Origin: Chiloscyllium plagiosum
Taxonomy: Eukaryota
Direction of reading: 5' to 3'
Length of the DNA: 64,000 nucleotides
Assembly: GCF_004010195.1 (NCBI RefSeq)
Contig: NC_057752.1
Coordinates: 6,336,044 to 6,400,043, forward strand
Below are positions 25,365-38,733 of the stretch, one piece after another (the stretch's first letter is position 1; every line of letters starts with the position of its first letter). The translations under genes were made by a program, and so were the position numbers. The notes under the pieces were generated by a model. It had not been told where the DNA came from. It saw only the letters and a list, made by a program, of their open reading frames with translations, and did no database searches.

Positions 25365-26973
25365 TTTTTAAATTTTTTTTTAAATACAAAAGTGCAGACA
25401 ATACAGACCCAGCAAGCCCCCACCCCAACATTCCTGTTTATCTTTTTTTTCTTCCCCCCCTAAGTGCGGTAGTGCTTATATTTTCCCCAGCACCCATGGT
25501 GTGTGTGTGTGCAGGTGTGAGACACAGTGAAAGACACAAAGTGCACAAAACTTTATTCAATTTCCACCACCAGGAAGATAGGAAAACACCCGGGTGGCCA
25601 GTGACAGACACTGCCCTTCACATCAAAGGGCAATACTGTGTGATCAAAACAGTGAAGGGGAGGGTAGGGACTAAATCAAAATAGAGTTGGAGGGAGAAAT
25701 AATACACTCCACTCCCTGCGGCGCCCACCTCTCCCTGAACAACTCCAGGGTGTTGGTCGACACCGCGTGCTCCTTCTCCAAGGACACNNNNNNNNNNNNN
25801 NNNNNNNNNNNNNNNNNNNNNNNNNNNNNNNNNNNNNNNNNNNNNNNNNNNNNNNNNNNNNNNNNNNNNNNNGGAAGGGGGAGGACTCCCGCGTAGAGAG
25901 CCCTCCACTGGGGGTCCCCACCGCCCGGTGGCAAATGGGCACGCCAAGGCGTGTCCGGACGGTGGATGAGGGAGAAGAGGTGGACGGTGTGCAGCAGCAG
26001 TCTGTACAGGGCTCTCCTGTTCACCTCCCTAAACGAAACAAAGTTAAAATTTCGGAGGCGGCTCAGGTTGTGGGGCACAGGCTCCCGCGGGAAGTACGGG
26101 ACCTTGGGGCCAATGTGAAATTCCGTCCGGGCTGGGGTGAGCTCGGACGGGGTCCCACCGCACACCTGAGCGTCCTCCAACTGGTGTACTACGTCGGGTC
26201 CGAGCACCGCCGTTTTGAGGCGTCGGATGGCGGTGGCCACGTACTGGACGTCTACCGCCGCCCTGGCTGCTATGTCCTGCGGCAGCGTCCAGCCCAGGCC
26301 CCCGGCACCCAGCACGTCCCCGACCCTGGTCACCCTCGCCGCCGCGGCCCTCCCCTCCGACAGTCACTCGAACCCGCGAGTACGGAGGTGCGGGTTCCTG
26401 AGCAACGGCTCCCTGACGACAGCCGCTACTCCAGCCGGAGGGTAGGCGCGACGCGATTCGACCATGTTCCAGACAGTGATCAGGTCCTGGTAAAAGACAG
26501 GCAGCGTCTTGTGGGCGACCTGCAAACCGTCACGGTCGACGAACAGGAGCTGCGTGTCGTAGTTGAGGTTACGCACCTGGCGGAAAAAATACGTCACCAC
26601 CTAGGAGGAGGCTCGACGTGAAGGTATCGCCGCAAGGTCTGAAGGCGGAACGTCGCGACCTGGGTGCGGGCGCACACCAGCGACTGACCGCCCTCCTCAA
26701 TAGGGAGACTCAGAACCTGCGCAGCGACCCAGTGCATCTTTTTGTCCCAGAAGAAGTCGACCAATGTTCTCTGGATGTCAGCGACAAAGCCAGGAGGAGG
26801 GACCAAAGTGACCAGCCAGTACCACAGCATGGCGGCCACCAGCTGGTTTGTGACCAGCACTCGACTCCTGTAAGATAGCACTCGGAGCAGTCCTGTCCAG
26901 CGGCCTAGGCGAGCCGAGACTTTGGCCTCCAGCTCCTGCCAGTTGGCCGGCCAGGATTCCTCAGCCGGGCTGA
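25365..26973 (-). mobile_element. 5'-truncated Tx1-clade LINE (ORF2 C-terminal half plus 3' UTR and A-rich tail), young
   Basis: LSYRSRVLVTNQLVAAMLWY, DFFW..HWV..LSLPIEEGGQSL, LPVFYQDLITVW, EPLLRNP, WRALYAGVLP; ORF stop at 25671-25673; only a few stops or frameshifts; GC- and CpG-rich. Confidence 0.92.
25788..25872. other. Assembly gap (85 N) inside the Tx1 element
   Basis: Run of N. Confidence 0.99.
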
Positions 26974-27924
26974 AACTCTGTTTATATCTGTCAGCCAGGG
27001 CTCCCTGATTGGACCCGATTAACAGCCCCAATCAGGGAACTCACATTCTATGAGGTCTACCCGGCTGACCTCATTACTATCACTGCAGTCCTAACCATAA
27101 TTTTCCAAACTCTTTCAAGATCAGGCCCGGGGTATTCACCACATTTAAGTGCTGGAGCACAGAGAAATGGGTTAAGCTTAGGCTAGTTCAATGTGTAAAT
27201 GGGTTCTTTCTGTTGAATCACTTTGTGCTGTCTCCCGTTGAATGTTATTTCAAGTCTCTCCTGTTAAGGAATGTACCAAACCCCTTTCCATTTCCTCACA
27301 ACTATATTATATGAAGCCACAAATAATTTATTTCCACTGCAAAAAGCACCAGTCTATTGCCATCATCTTCCACTGTACCAAACCACCATTACGCTAATTA
27401 TCTAATACACTTCCTCCTCACTGCCAGTGAATGGCTTTCCTGATTCAAGCATGACACTTAGATATATCATCTCAATTCCTGCACAAAGTACTCTAATTAT
27501 CAAATATTTACATTTCAGCACATCACCCAGTCAGATGCACTGCCAAATTTCTCCTTGAGAAAGAATCACTGTCTCAAATACAAATAACTCTTGAATGATT
27601 CACTGGGAGTCAAAGATTGCACTTTCATTTGGATTTCAGATCGACACACAGCCTGATCCAAGGGAAACATTCCTTTGCAATACAACCATGGGATGATCCA
27701 GATTCCTCTGTTATCAGCTGTCTGCTCTATCGGTTTGTGCAGTGAGGCGGGGTGGGTGAGGGGGTTAACTGGGCTCTGGGCACATGAAACCACATTCAGT
27801 TTCTCCCTTAACCAACACAGCATTGAGAAATGTGCTGACCCAAAAACCAGCCCTGCCCCGCCACCATCACCACCACCAAGTTGGCCCAACAAAGTTGATT
27901 GAGTGGACAGTTTAAAGAATAAGT

Positions 27925-28445
27925 AAACAGGGAGCAGGAGAAGAACATTTGCCCCATCAAATCTTCTCCACCGTTTGATTCCAATCATGGCTCCACTTTA
28001 CCATATACTCCCGATATTCCCAGAGGGACCAAAGATCTGTCAATCCCTGCCTTAAATAGATCCAATGATGGAGAGCATCCACTGCCATAGTTTAAGGACT
28101 ATTTACAAGACCACTTAAAATGCCATAGCATCGAAGGCTACAGGCCAAGTGCTGCGAAATGGAATTGGAATACATGGATATTTGGTGATTAGGACAGATA
28201 CAATGGGCTGAAGGGTCTCTTACCATGCTGTAAAGACTCTGTCTCTATGACAATCCTCTGGCAAAGAGAATTTCAAACATTTACAACCCTTTGAGTGAAA
28301 GATTTTCACCTCATCTCAGTCAGAATTGCTCAACTCTGTCCTGATGCGAGAGTTCCCAGCTAGGGGAAAGAAGATTTTGGTGTTAGCTTTGTCAGGTCCC
28401 TTCAGAATCTGGTACATTTGAATGAGATAACCGCTCAGTACTCAA
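27925..28445 (-). mobile_element. Old CR1 3' fragment with a nested + strand CR1 tail (about 28085-28250)
   Basis: ggagcaggag..atctgtcaatccctgccttaaata..acaaccctttgagtgaaag..cctcatctcagtc. Confidence 0.55.
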
Positions 28446-29544
28446 AGTTTCACAGTAATTGGAAATAAACAGATGTTGCCTTGTTCAGAATGTGTTGTGT
28501 TCACCCCCAGTTTGTCATCGTTGTGTGGACAGGTTGCAACACAGGGTCACACTCCCCCAGGTGAGGGAATGTAAAATTGGCCACAGCTCCAGTGACATGT
28601 TGGATAAGTTTCACCCTGACACCTTCGTGACTGACAATAACCCGGAGACAGTCATGTGTACAGTAAAGCCCCCTCAGAAAAGGCCACAGAGCTGACTGAC
28701 ACTAACACTTCCCAGCGAAGGTCAAGCCTGCAGGAAGAGACAGAGAAGGGAACCAAACGAAGAAAATCAATCATCTGCCTTTCGGGCTAGCCAGATTGGG
28801 AATGCGCCAGGCCCCTCGACATATTTCATTTGGTTTCCATCTGATTTCTGGCAAGCTGCTGACCTCATCATGATAGCAAACCAAAGGCAAAAAGTAACTT
28901 TACTTTCCTATGTCAGTGAGATAATAAGGCATTTCATATCACAGCACAAACAAACAGGCCTTTCAGCCCATCTGGTCTATACTAATGTTGATACAAACTG
29001 CCTCCCACTTCAATGACCTCTTCCCAATCTCTTCTCATATCTTCTATTTTCTTCTTGCTCATATACACATCAAGTCCACATTCCAATTCTAACTACAGTG
29101 AATTTTACCAGAAATCAACTCAGTGCCAATTTTAGGGAGATTTGTGGAGGGCTTCTATATGTTTTTGCATACCATCTGCTCACACAAGTACCTCACTCCT
29201 CTATATTCTCCCACTCGACACAGGCCACTACTGGGACCTCCCTGGATTTCTGCCATCTGCACCACCTTTAAAACCAAGCTGTACACTGGGTCAGGCACTC
29301 TGCAGCTTCCCTTCATGGTTCCTGTCAATAGCCCCAGAAGTTAATTGTCACCCCCCTTTGCTGACAGGAGCCTGGAGGTCCTGGTGGATGAGGGGAGGGA
29401 GAGGGGGGTGTGCACAGTCACTGCCTATGGAATGTTCAAGAGGCTCAGAATTGGAGGAGCACAGATATCTCAGAGGGTTAACGGCCAAGAGGGTATTCAG
29501 AACGTCAGTGTTAGAAATGCGGTTTCTTTTAAGGGTCAACCAAC

Positions 29545-29812
29545 ATACATTTCTAATCACCCTCTGCTGCAGGTGGGACTTGAACCCAGGCCTTCTGGCA
29601 CAGAGACAGGGACAATGCCACAGCACCACAAGAGCCAAGTGCTACCCAGAACATTTCTGGAGTTGATTGAGAGAAAGGAATGCTCATTGGACTTTGTATC
29701 TCAGGGGGCACAGTGACAATGTCTCTACCTCTGAGCTAGGAAGTCTGGGTTCAAGTCCCACCTGCATTGGAGATGTGTCGCAACATTCCTGATCAGGTTG
29801 ATTAGAAATACC
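29545..29812. mobile_element. Two short tRNA-derived SINE copies in head-to-head orientation
   Basis: gcaggtgggacttgaaccca (-) and tgggttcaagtcccacctgc (+) B-box regions; both end in gattagaaat on their own strand. Confidence 0.6.
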
Positions 29813-31974
29813 CAGAGCTGGGCGCACTACCCATGATGGGCAGTATTTGGTGGCAAGTTTATTTTGAAACAAAACAGCTGGGATCTTTCCCCCACTGACA
29901 TGATTTTGATTTAGTCCCCTTCCTTTGTCTTGCCATGGTTTGTTTCAATTTTTCTCATACTGCCCTTGGTGGATAGTGTTTGGAACTAACAGTTGATTGG
30001 TTAATTTGGTGGTGGGTTTATGTACTAAACAAAAAACAGCTGGGATCTTCCTCAGTTGGGAGTGGGCTTCTGGACAGAGATAGGGTCCAGAAGGGAAAGG
30101 TGGAAACTGATGTTTGTGTTAAACTACAGATTTGCAATCAACCCCTTGTAAATCTCTGGAAGTCTTTCGCTGTCCAATTCAACATATGGATGTCGGTCTG
30201 CGAAACAGACAAAAGGAAGGGTGAGGGATTTGAAGACAAGAATGAGAATTTTAAAAATGAAACGTAGCCCAAAAAAAATTACTTCCCATCACTGTTTGAC
30301 TCTTCAGAATTCTCACATCCTCCCAGTATTGAACGGACTATCACTTGGCCATACTATCAGTGTTACAGAGTGCTCACTCATTGGACTTCATATGAGAAAC
30401 AGTCAAAAGGTGCTGTTATATTTGGAGACTCTACTTCGGATTTCAGGAAGCCAACATCCACCCTCTATAGCTTGACAGTGTAGTAAACAGATCCCTTTGG
30501 CCCCTGGTAGATTCACAGTGCAATATATTTGTCTGGCATTAAAATAAGAGAGCCATACTGCATTGTGACATTGGCTGGTGTATAATAATGGAGGTCACTG
30601 GCTCAGAGCGATGGCAGAGAGACGAACAGATAGTGCACAATTCTGCCAGTCGCCGAACTGAACTGCGGTTTTTATTTAAGGAAAGAAAATCAAGCATAGC
30701 GTCTTCTCTGCAGAAGCTGCATCAGGAACATTGTGTCGTTTCAGAAAAGGGCCAGGGAAGAGTTTGGATGCCACCTTTTGGAAACTAAGAAAAGTTAAAC
30801 AGGGAATCCAGTCTGAACAGTGATGGCTCAAGCCTTTGACTCTTTACTGGACCAATAAGATTTCAAACTTTACATTGGCAGTTTTGAAACACTTACCGCA
30901 CTTTATTTCAGTTAAGCTCAACATTTTTAGATTTAGATTTTATTGTCATGTGTATAAGTGAAAAGTGTATAATGTTGCCACAAACAGCCCCATCTTCGGT
31001 ACAAAAACTCAGTTACAGAAATAAGGAAATAAGTTTAAAAGTTCATCACTACAGCCTTCTTCGCGTAAAAGTAGAACAAAAAAGAAATAATGTTAAAATG
31101 TCAAACATTACAGGCCTTTCTTCAGTCCTGGGCCTGCTGATGCTCCTTTGTTACAATGGAAACCCTCTCCATTTTGATTCATACCTCATAATCCAGAAAG
31201 AGTTTGAACTAAAAACATGACAAAATGTAGCAAGACCACAAAAAAAAATAAGATTGGGGGTTGGTGAGGCCTGCTGTCCTGACAAGCAAGGCTCACTTCC
31301 TCACAGTTTATCTCTGCAAGGACCTAACCTGTAAATCTATGTACTGAAGTCAGAATAAAGCACTGAAGATGGGATAAAACTGGAGAGCACATAAATCAAG
31401 TCAACTACTGCATTAAACCAGTTCTAAATAAAAATAAAGCAGATAAAAGGAGGTGGGGGAGGAGGACCTTAAATATATCTTGCCCAGAGAGGAAAAAGCT
31501 TGGAAAATAGTCACAGAAATGATTTATGGAAACCCAGAGCTCTCAGCTTCCAGGAAGTTCCAGCTCTGTAGAAATTAATCAAAGTTCAACTTTTAAATCT
31601 CCCCACTTCTTGCCAAACCCTGCTATATTTCATAAGATGTGTCACTCTCAGTGTATATAAAACCTATTTTAAAAACCCAATGGACAAGGCAAAGTATTTG
31701 GAGGGGAAGGACTTTCTGATTAAATTTGCATTCAATTCAAATTATGGAATATTCTGTTTTCCAGCTGAGGAATGATTACGAGGAATAAATCTGCTGGTGG
31801 CTGGGGGGGCAGTTTTGTGGATGCTTAAGGAAGGGACATTTTTGAGTATCAGAAGACTCCTCAAGTACCTTCTCCTATGAACTGAGGAATGGATGCCCTG
31901 TCTCAGGGCCAGCAAGTTTTCGCTTCAAAGTTTGGGTTGAGTTCATCATCATCCCAAACTGGAAAGCATGAGGT

Positions 31975-32130
31975 TGACAGTGTGGTGCTGGAAAAGCACA
32001 GCAGGTCAGGGAGCATCCGAGGAGCAGGAGAATCGACGTTGCGGGCATAAGCCCTTCATCAGGAATGAGGCTGGCAGCCTCCAGGGTGGAGAGATAAATG
32101 GGTGGGGGGTGGGCTGGGGGGGGAAGGAGA
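31975..32130 (-). mobile_element. Penelope-like family A copy with hammerhead core (GAAA>GCAA)
   Basis: Minus strand attc-CTGATGA-A-GGGC-TTAT-GCCC-GCAACGTC-gatt at 32031-32066. Confidence 0.8.
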
Positions 32131-32299
32131 ACATGGGGTATGAACTGGGGTTCACCTGATAGCACTCCCTGAGTCAGAACAGTGGGGGTTCAAATCTCAC
32201 TCCAGAAACTTATGGAATGAGTATGGCACAGGAGGCCATTTGGTCCGTTGTGTCTATACTGGCTGTTTCTCCTGGTGCATTTTGTAGTCCACTAAGTAG

Positions 32300-32725
32300 T
32301 TTGAAATGTACTTATTGTTGTAACAGATGAAACAATCCTCCCACAATCCAAAGATGTGCGGGTTAGGTGAACTGGCCAATAGAAATTGCCCATAATGTTC
32401 AGGGATGTGTAGGTTAGGTGCATTAGACAGGGGTAAATCTAGAGGAAAGGGTAGGGGATTGGGTCTGGGTGGGTTACTCTTCGCAGGGTCAGTGAGGGCT
32501 TGTGGGCCAAATGGCCTGTTTCCACACTGTAGGAATTCTATGAAAGTAGCCAATCTGTACACAGCAAGCTCCCACAAACAGGGGTGTGATGACGACCAGA
32601 CCATGTGTTTCTCCATGTTGATTAAGGGATAAATATTGGTCAGGATTCTAGGGAGAACACTCCTGCACTTCTTCACAGTAGTGCACAGGATCCTTAACAT
32701 CTTCCTGAGAGTGTAGGTGAACAAC
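32300..32725 (-). mobile_element. Deu-domain SINE with an HE1 3' fragment (+, about 32335-32540) inserted
   Basis: cagcaagctcccacaaaca..gggataaatattgg (reverse Deu core); cctcccacaatccaaagatgtgcgggttagg..ggcctgtttccacactgtagg. Confidence 0.7.
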
Positions 32726-33784
32726 TACGGAATTGTATCCTGACAGGAGTCAGCAAATGGGCAACATGAGAAAAAAAATACACATTACTGGCAACGGTCA
32801 CAACAACTATTAGCAGTGGAGATGCAACACAGACAGTGACGTGAGGCTACACAGTTTTATAACATTGGCTTGACACTTTTAGTTGTGCTGTTTAGAACAA
32901 AACAATAACTGGCACACTGAATTTAAATTTTAAATAAGTCCCAGTTAGGTTTTGGAGGAAGAAAGTGTGAAAGAGACAATTAGTCTCAGTGCCACTGGGG
33001 CAAGATGGCAGCAAGAGGGAGGTAATGCCGTAGAGAATGGATTGAGTCCAATGTTCTGTTTTACAACGCGCCGGCTGGGTCCCATGAAGGATAGCTGCTT
33101 GGGCAAAGTACCACTGGTGTTGCCCCATGTTCTGCAACTCAGCAGCACACATGCCACCCGCTCCCCACCATGCCCTCAACTAAATGGCATTTGCCAGTGT
33201 TTCACTCATCTTGTGCCTTGCTCCCAGCAAATCAGTAATGGCTGTACAGACGCAGGGGGAACCTTTAAACTGTCCCATCATGAATATTTCATTTTCCTTT
33301 TACAATCAAATGAAGTCAGCACTGTATATGGGACTGAAAGCGAACAGTCTCGAACTTGTTTCATTACTTTGCTGTCTCCTCCGAATGCTCTCCCACATCC
33401 TTGGAACCACTTTAAATTGACATTAATTAGTGGACAGATTAAATGCTTGAGCTACAATTTAATCCTCTCTGTTTATCACATGTCAAGCTTTGAGACCCTG
33501 CCAGTAATTTCAGTTGAGCTGCGTTACTTTTGATGGACAAACAGTTTGACAAATGCTCTTGCCAAGTTTTTCAAAGGAAGGTAGCCATGCAGAAGGGCTC
33601 TTATTAAACTGAACATGACATTGCACAGAGAACCTTGTGGTAAGCTCCCCTCATCCTTCTGAGTGCACAAAGTGTTCAGCTTTTACCTCTATTCCTCATT
33701 GCATTGATCTATTACTTACCTGCTGTATAACTTCTCAATTGCTGTGTAACTTCTCAATTGCTGTGTTGCTCTCCTCCTCATTGT

Positions 33785-34487
33785 GCTGCCCCTTGACATT
33801 CAACGGTGTTACCATCACTGAACTGCCCACTATCAATATCCTGGGAGTTGCCATTGACCAGAAACTGAACTGGACTCGCCACATAAACACGATGGCTAAA
33901 AGAGAAGGTCAGAGGCTAGGAATCCTGAGGTGTGTAACTCACCGCATGACTCCCCAAAGCCCCAAGGCACAAGTCAGGAGTGTGATGGAATACTTCCCTC
34001 ATGCCTGGATGGATGCAGCTCCAACAACACTCAAGAAGCTTGACACCATTCAGGACAAAGCAGCCAGCTTAATTGAAATCACATCCACAAGCATCAACTC
34101 CTTCCACCAACAAGGTTTAGTAGCTGCAGTGTGTAATATGTATAAGATGCACTGTGGAAATTCACCAAAGATCCTCAGACAGCACCTTCCAAACCCACGA
34201 CCACTTGCATCTAGAAGGACAAGGGCAGCAGATACATAGGAACACCACCATCTTCAAGTTTCCTTCTAAGCCACTCACCACCCTGACTTGGAAATAGATC
34301 GCCAATTCCTTCACTGTCGCTGGATCAGTAACCTGCAATTCCCTCCCTAAGGGCATTGTGGAATTACCTACAGCACATGGACTGCAGTTGTTCAAGAAGG
34401 CAGCTCATCACCACTTCTCCACCACTAGGGATGGGCATAAATGCTGGCCCAGCCAGCGGCGCCAAGTCCCATGAGTGAATAAAAGAA
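33785..34487 (+). mobile_element. CR1-clade LINE family 2, ORF2 C-terminus and 3' UTR
   Basis: TINILGVAIDQKLNWTRHI..KAQVRSVMEY..LDTIQDKAASLI; ends cccatgagtgaataaaagaaa. Confidence 0.88.
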
Positions 34488-35369
34488 ATTTGAATTTGTG
34501 CAGCAAGACCTTTGGGTCTAGAACCTGCTCCTCCAATCTGACTAGTTTGATATCAAAGGCCCTTTCACACTGCAAAGTATTCGAGTGCTTACAGTCCAGT
34601 AAGTGGCCGTTCTGCTAGACCAGTATTTATACTCCACACAAGCCTCCTCCCATCCTCTATTTCACCTCCTGAAAGTGGCATGTACCCAAGATGAATTGGT
34701 GCCTTTGCTGGAGGAAGTGGCAGCATTGCTGGTGAGTTGGGGAGCAGGGACGGAAGTGTCATTTCCTGTTGTCAGGAAGAAGGTGGCAAGTCTGGAAAGA
34801 ATGACAATATGGGAGACTTGATGGCAGTGAGGAGGAGTGTCAGGCCTCAGGAAGAATGAGGCAAAAATCAGAGAAATGAGAAGAAGTCTTAACTTTAAAA
34901 ATGCTTTGGTTAACATCAGAGAGTTTACGAGGTATGGGAAGGGAGAGCTTTCTGATATATTTTGGAACTTTGAATTTAAATGGCATAGAAAGAATTCTAA
35001 ATTGTGTGCTGTACTCAAACCCAACTACTATTACTTAATTAAGTTTTTTTTTTAAAAAGTCATGATTTAATAAGGACAAAGCAAATTTTAATCAGGATAT
35101 ACAGTCTGCACTCATCAGAAAATCAACAGCTGAAATTTACGTTTAGAAAGGATTTGCTGCATCAAGATTGACAGCATCGGATTTAGTAAATCCAATTGTA
35201 ATGAGATTATATTTGTGAGTCAACAACCTGAACCCAGATAAATAGCATCAAATAGTGTTGATGTTCAGTGACTCCCCATCGTGCTAACTGCCTATCACTT
35301 AGACTCTTGATTAAGGCCTTGAGCTGAATGCCTTGCTGCCTTTGATAGATGGTGGCAGAATTGCTTTCT

Positions 35370-35700
35370 CGACTGAATCCTGATTTTCAGGATTACCACA
35401 TCAAAGCTCTGGACTCCTTTCACCAAGGACACTAGACATATCTCAACATCATGAGAATTTGAAAACAGAATAAAATCACAAACAACAAACTCCCTCCATT
35501 GCGCTAGGCGCAACAGCATGAAGATCACCATCTGAAATCTGAGACTTAGATGGACCAGCCATGCCTCCCGCCTGGAAATTTACAGAATCCCTGAGCAGAT
35601 CTTCTCTGGTGAATGATTTCAGGGGGAAAAAAAATATCAAAATGATCAGTACAAAGGGTTCAAACACGCCCCACAAATCTCAGCCTTGCAGCTGACTAGC
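35370..35700 (+). mobile_element. Old RTE-clade LINE fragment
   Basis: HIKALDSFHQ..KITN..LRWTSHASRL..RIPEQIFSGE matches RTE C-terminal motif LRW.GHV.RM...R.PKQ...GEL. Confidence 0.65.
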
Positions 35701-36804
35701 CCATGTGCAGGCATTCATGGAAATCAGATGTAACAGGTTTCCAGGACCATCTACACCCAATATACAACATCTAACATGCCCAGGGGTAACACTGCTGCAG
35801 ACATGCCCCCTCCCCCATAGAAAAACAACAACAAGGACAATCTAAACTGCCAATCCCACATAAGACACTTCAGTCCTGAGGGGACTCACTAAATCCAATG
35901 ATTCACTCAACAGCTTGATCCACTCAAACAATAAGGACTCACTCACAAATTCCAACGCAGACAATCAAGTCACCTTTTCTACTGAAGCTATGGCTTTGTC
36001 ACAGCATTCCATAGAAGTCACCGCAACCCACTGGAAATAACAGCAGGGGCAGCTGAGGTCACCTTCAGGCTATCAGTGGGGTACGATTCATGGGTTTGTG
36101 AATAAATGATCACAGAATATGGGCAGCACCGGGAAGCCCTCTTTTGTTACACTCAGGAGATGCTATTGGAGCATCTATTGTTGATTGCGGTTAGCAAGAG
36201 TGGTTTGATGCACACTGACAGCCAACACAGTGTAGGACCAGGGTCACATGTAGGCCAGGCCAGGTCAGGTTGCCAGTTCCCTTCACTGAAGAATATTCAA
36301 GAGCCAGTCACATCCATACTATAATTTACAAACATGCAAAATGGGAGCAGAAGGAGGCTATTCAGCCCTGAAGCTTGTTCCACCATTCAATAGAATCATG
36401 GCTGATCTGTTTGCATTCCACATTCCCATTTATCCATGATATTCTTTGATTCCTTTGCCTAAGAAGAATCTATGTACCTCTAATGTAAAAATATTCAGTT
36501 GCCCTCATTTCCACTGCCTTCCGAGGCAGAGAATTCCAAAGTCAAGTGCAATTAGAGATGGGCAATAAATATTGGCCCAGCCAGTGAGGCCAACATCCAC
36601 CATGAATGAAAAAAAATACCGACTGAGAGAAAAACACATTTCTCCTTATCTCAGTCCTAAAGGGGCAACCGCTAATTTTAAAACAGTGTTCCCCAGGTTC
36701 TGGATTGACCCACAAGAGGAAACATCCTTTCCACAGGCAGCTTGTGTAGACCATTCAAGATGACCTTCAGTATAATCACCATTTACCCTTCTAAACTTTA
36801 CTGT

Positions 36805-38190
36805 AAACAAGCCAATCCTGGGAATTACAGACCAGTCAGTCTCACGTCTGTGGTGGGTAAAGTATTGGAGAGGAGTCTGAGAGACAAGATTTATGATTAC
36901 TTCGAAAACCATAGTTTGATTAGAGATAGTCAGCACGACTTTGTGAGGGGCAGGTCATGCCTCACAAACTTTTTTGACTTCTTTGAGGATGTGACAAAAC
37001 ACATCGATGAAGGTAGAGCAGTGGATGTGGTGTGCATGGATTTTAGCAAGGCATTTGATAAAGCTCTTCATGGTAGGCTCATTCAGAAAGTAAGGAGGTA
37101 TGGGATACAGGGAAATCTGGCTGTCTAGATACAGAATTGTCTGGCCCATAGAAGACAGAGGGTGGTAGTAGATGGAAAGTATTCAGCCTGGAGCTTGGTG
37201 ACCAGTGGTGTTCCACAGGAATTGGTTCTGGAATCTCTGCTCTTTGTGATTTTTATAAATGACTTGGATGAGGAAGTGGAAGGGTGGGTTAGTGAGTTTG
37301 CTGATGGCATGAAGGTTGGTGGAGTGGTGGATAGTGTGGAGGGCCGTTGAAGGTTGCAATGGGACATTGACAGGATGCAGAACTGGGCTGATAAGTGGCA
37401 GATGGAGTTCAACCTGGAAAAGTGTGAAGTGATTCACTTTGGAAGGTCAAATTTGAATGCAGAATACAGGGTTAAAGGCAGGATTCTTGGCAGTGTGGAG
37501 GAACAGAGGAATCTTGGGGTCCATGTCTATAGATCCCTCAAAGTTGCCACCCAAGTTGATAGTGTTGTCAAAAAGGTGTATGGTGTTTTGGCTTTCATTA
37601 GCAGGGGAATTGAGTTTAAGAGCCGAAAGGTTAAGCTACAGCTCTATAAAGCCCTGGTTAGACCACACTTAGAATATTGTGTTCAGTTCTGGTCGCCTCA
37701 ATATAGGAAGAATATGGAAGCTTGAGAGAGGGTGCAGAGGAGATGTACCAGGATGCTGCCTGGACTGGAGGGCATATCTTATGAAGAAAGGTTGAAGGAG
37801 CTAGGGCTTTTCTCATTGGAGTGAAGAAGGATTAGAGGCGACTTGATAGAAGTGTATGAGATGACGAGAGGCATAGATAGACCGGACATTCAGAGACTTT
37901 TTCCCAGGGTGGAAATGTCTGTCACGAAGGGGCATAATTTTCAGGTGATTGGAGGAAGGTTTAGGGGAGATGTCAGAGGTAGGTTCTTTACACAGAGAGT
38001 GGTGGGTATGTGGAATGCACTGCCAGCAGTGGTGGTAGACTCAGATAATTTAGGGACATTTGGATGACTCTTGGATAGGCACATGGATGATAGTACAATG
38101 AAGGGTCTGTAGGTTCATCTGATCTTTGAGTAGGATAAAAGTTCGACACAACATCGAGGACCGAAGGGCCTGTACTGTTCTATGTCCTAC
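36805..38190 (+). mobile_element. CR1/HER1-type LINE, RT domain to 3' end (pseudogenised), inserted in an older inverted CR1 (from about 36330)
   Basis: NYRPVSLTSVVGKVLE, DFSKAFDK, GVPQ..LLFVIFINDLD, FADGMK, LVRPHLEYCVQFW; several stops. Confidence 0.93.
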
Positions 38191-38733
38191 CGTTCCTCAT
38201 TAACTCATCATTTCTCCAGTAGGACAGAGGTCCTACAGAACCTAACTACAGCTTTTGCATTGGTTTTAATGGGAAAATCTGACTCACTTGAAGTAATTTC
38301 ATTTAAAGTTGCACTTGCCAGGAAATGCAACTACAACGTTAAGTGAGGCATTCTCTATTTGTCTGCAAGAGCTACTTTTCACTGAGTATCTTTTTCTTAT
38401 TCACAAGTATTTAGACACATTTGCCACATATAAAGTCATAACAGCACAGGAATGAGGTCATTCAGCTCATCAAATCTGTGCTTGCTCTCTATCGAGCAAC
38501 CTAGTCAGCTTCACTCTATATCCCTGTATATTAATTATTAGGATACCGTGTTTCAAGAAAAAAAAGTGCACACTCTCTGATATTGAATGTATCTATTTCA
38601 GTCTGCTCTGAGTGTGCCATTACATATTGTCTTTGAAAGTTTTCCTCCATCAAAACATACTGTAGCTCCTTTCCAAGGCTGTGACTTTATTCTGTCATCA
38701 TTGTCTGACCATTAGTTTGGTGCATTGAAGAAT

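Larger units (their letters stand above)
25027..27087. mobile_element. Solo LTR (about 236 bp of own sequence) split by two nested insertions
   Basis: TG...CA ends; perfect 5-bp TSD GTCCT at 25022-25026 and 27088-27092; halves rejoin at ctgtttatatct; tttatt at about 25071 (AATAAA on - strand) suggests minus orientation. Confidence 0.8.

Noticed and set aside
25767..26621. 284-aa plus-strand ORF, the longest in the track
   Set aside because: Antisense shadow of the GC-rich Tx1 ORF2 and spans an N gap
29845..30055. About 45-bp imperfect direct repeat (aaacaaaacagctgggatctt)
   Set aside because: Too short and diverged to interpret
32952..33533. 193-aa ORF
   Set aside because: Non-ATG start, no recognisable homology, composition typical of chance ORFs
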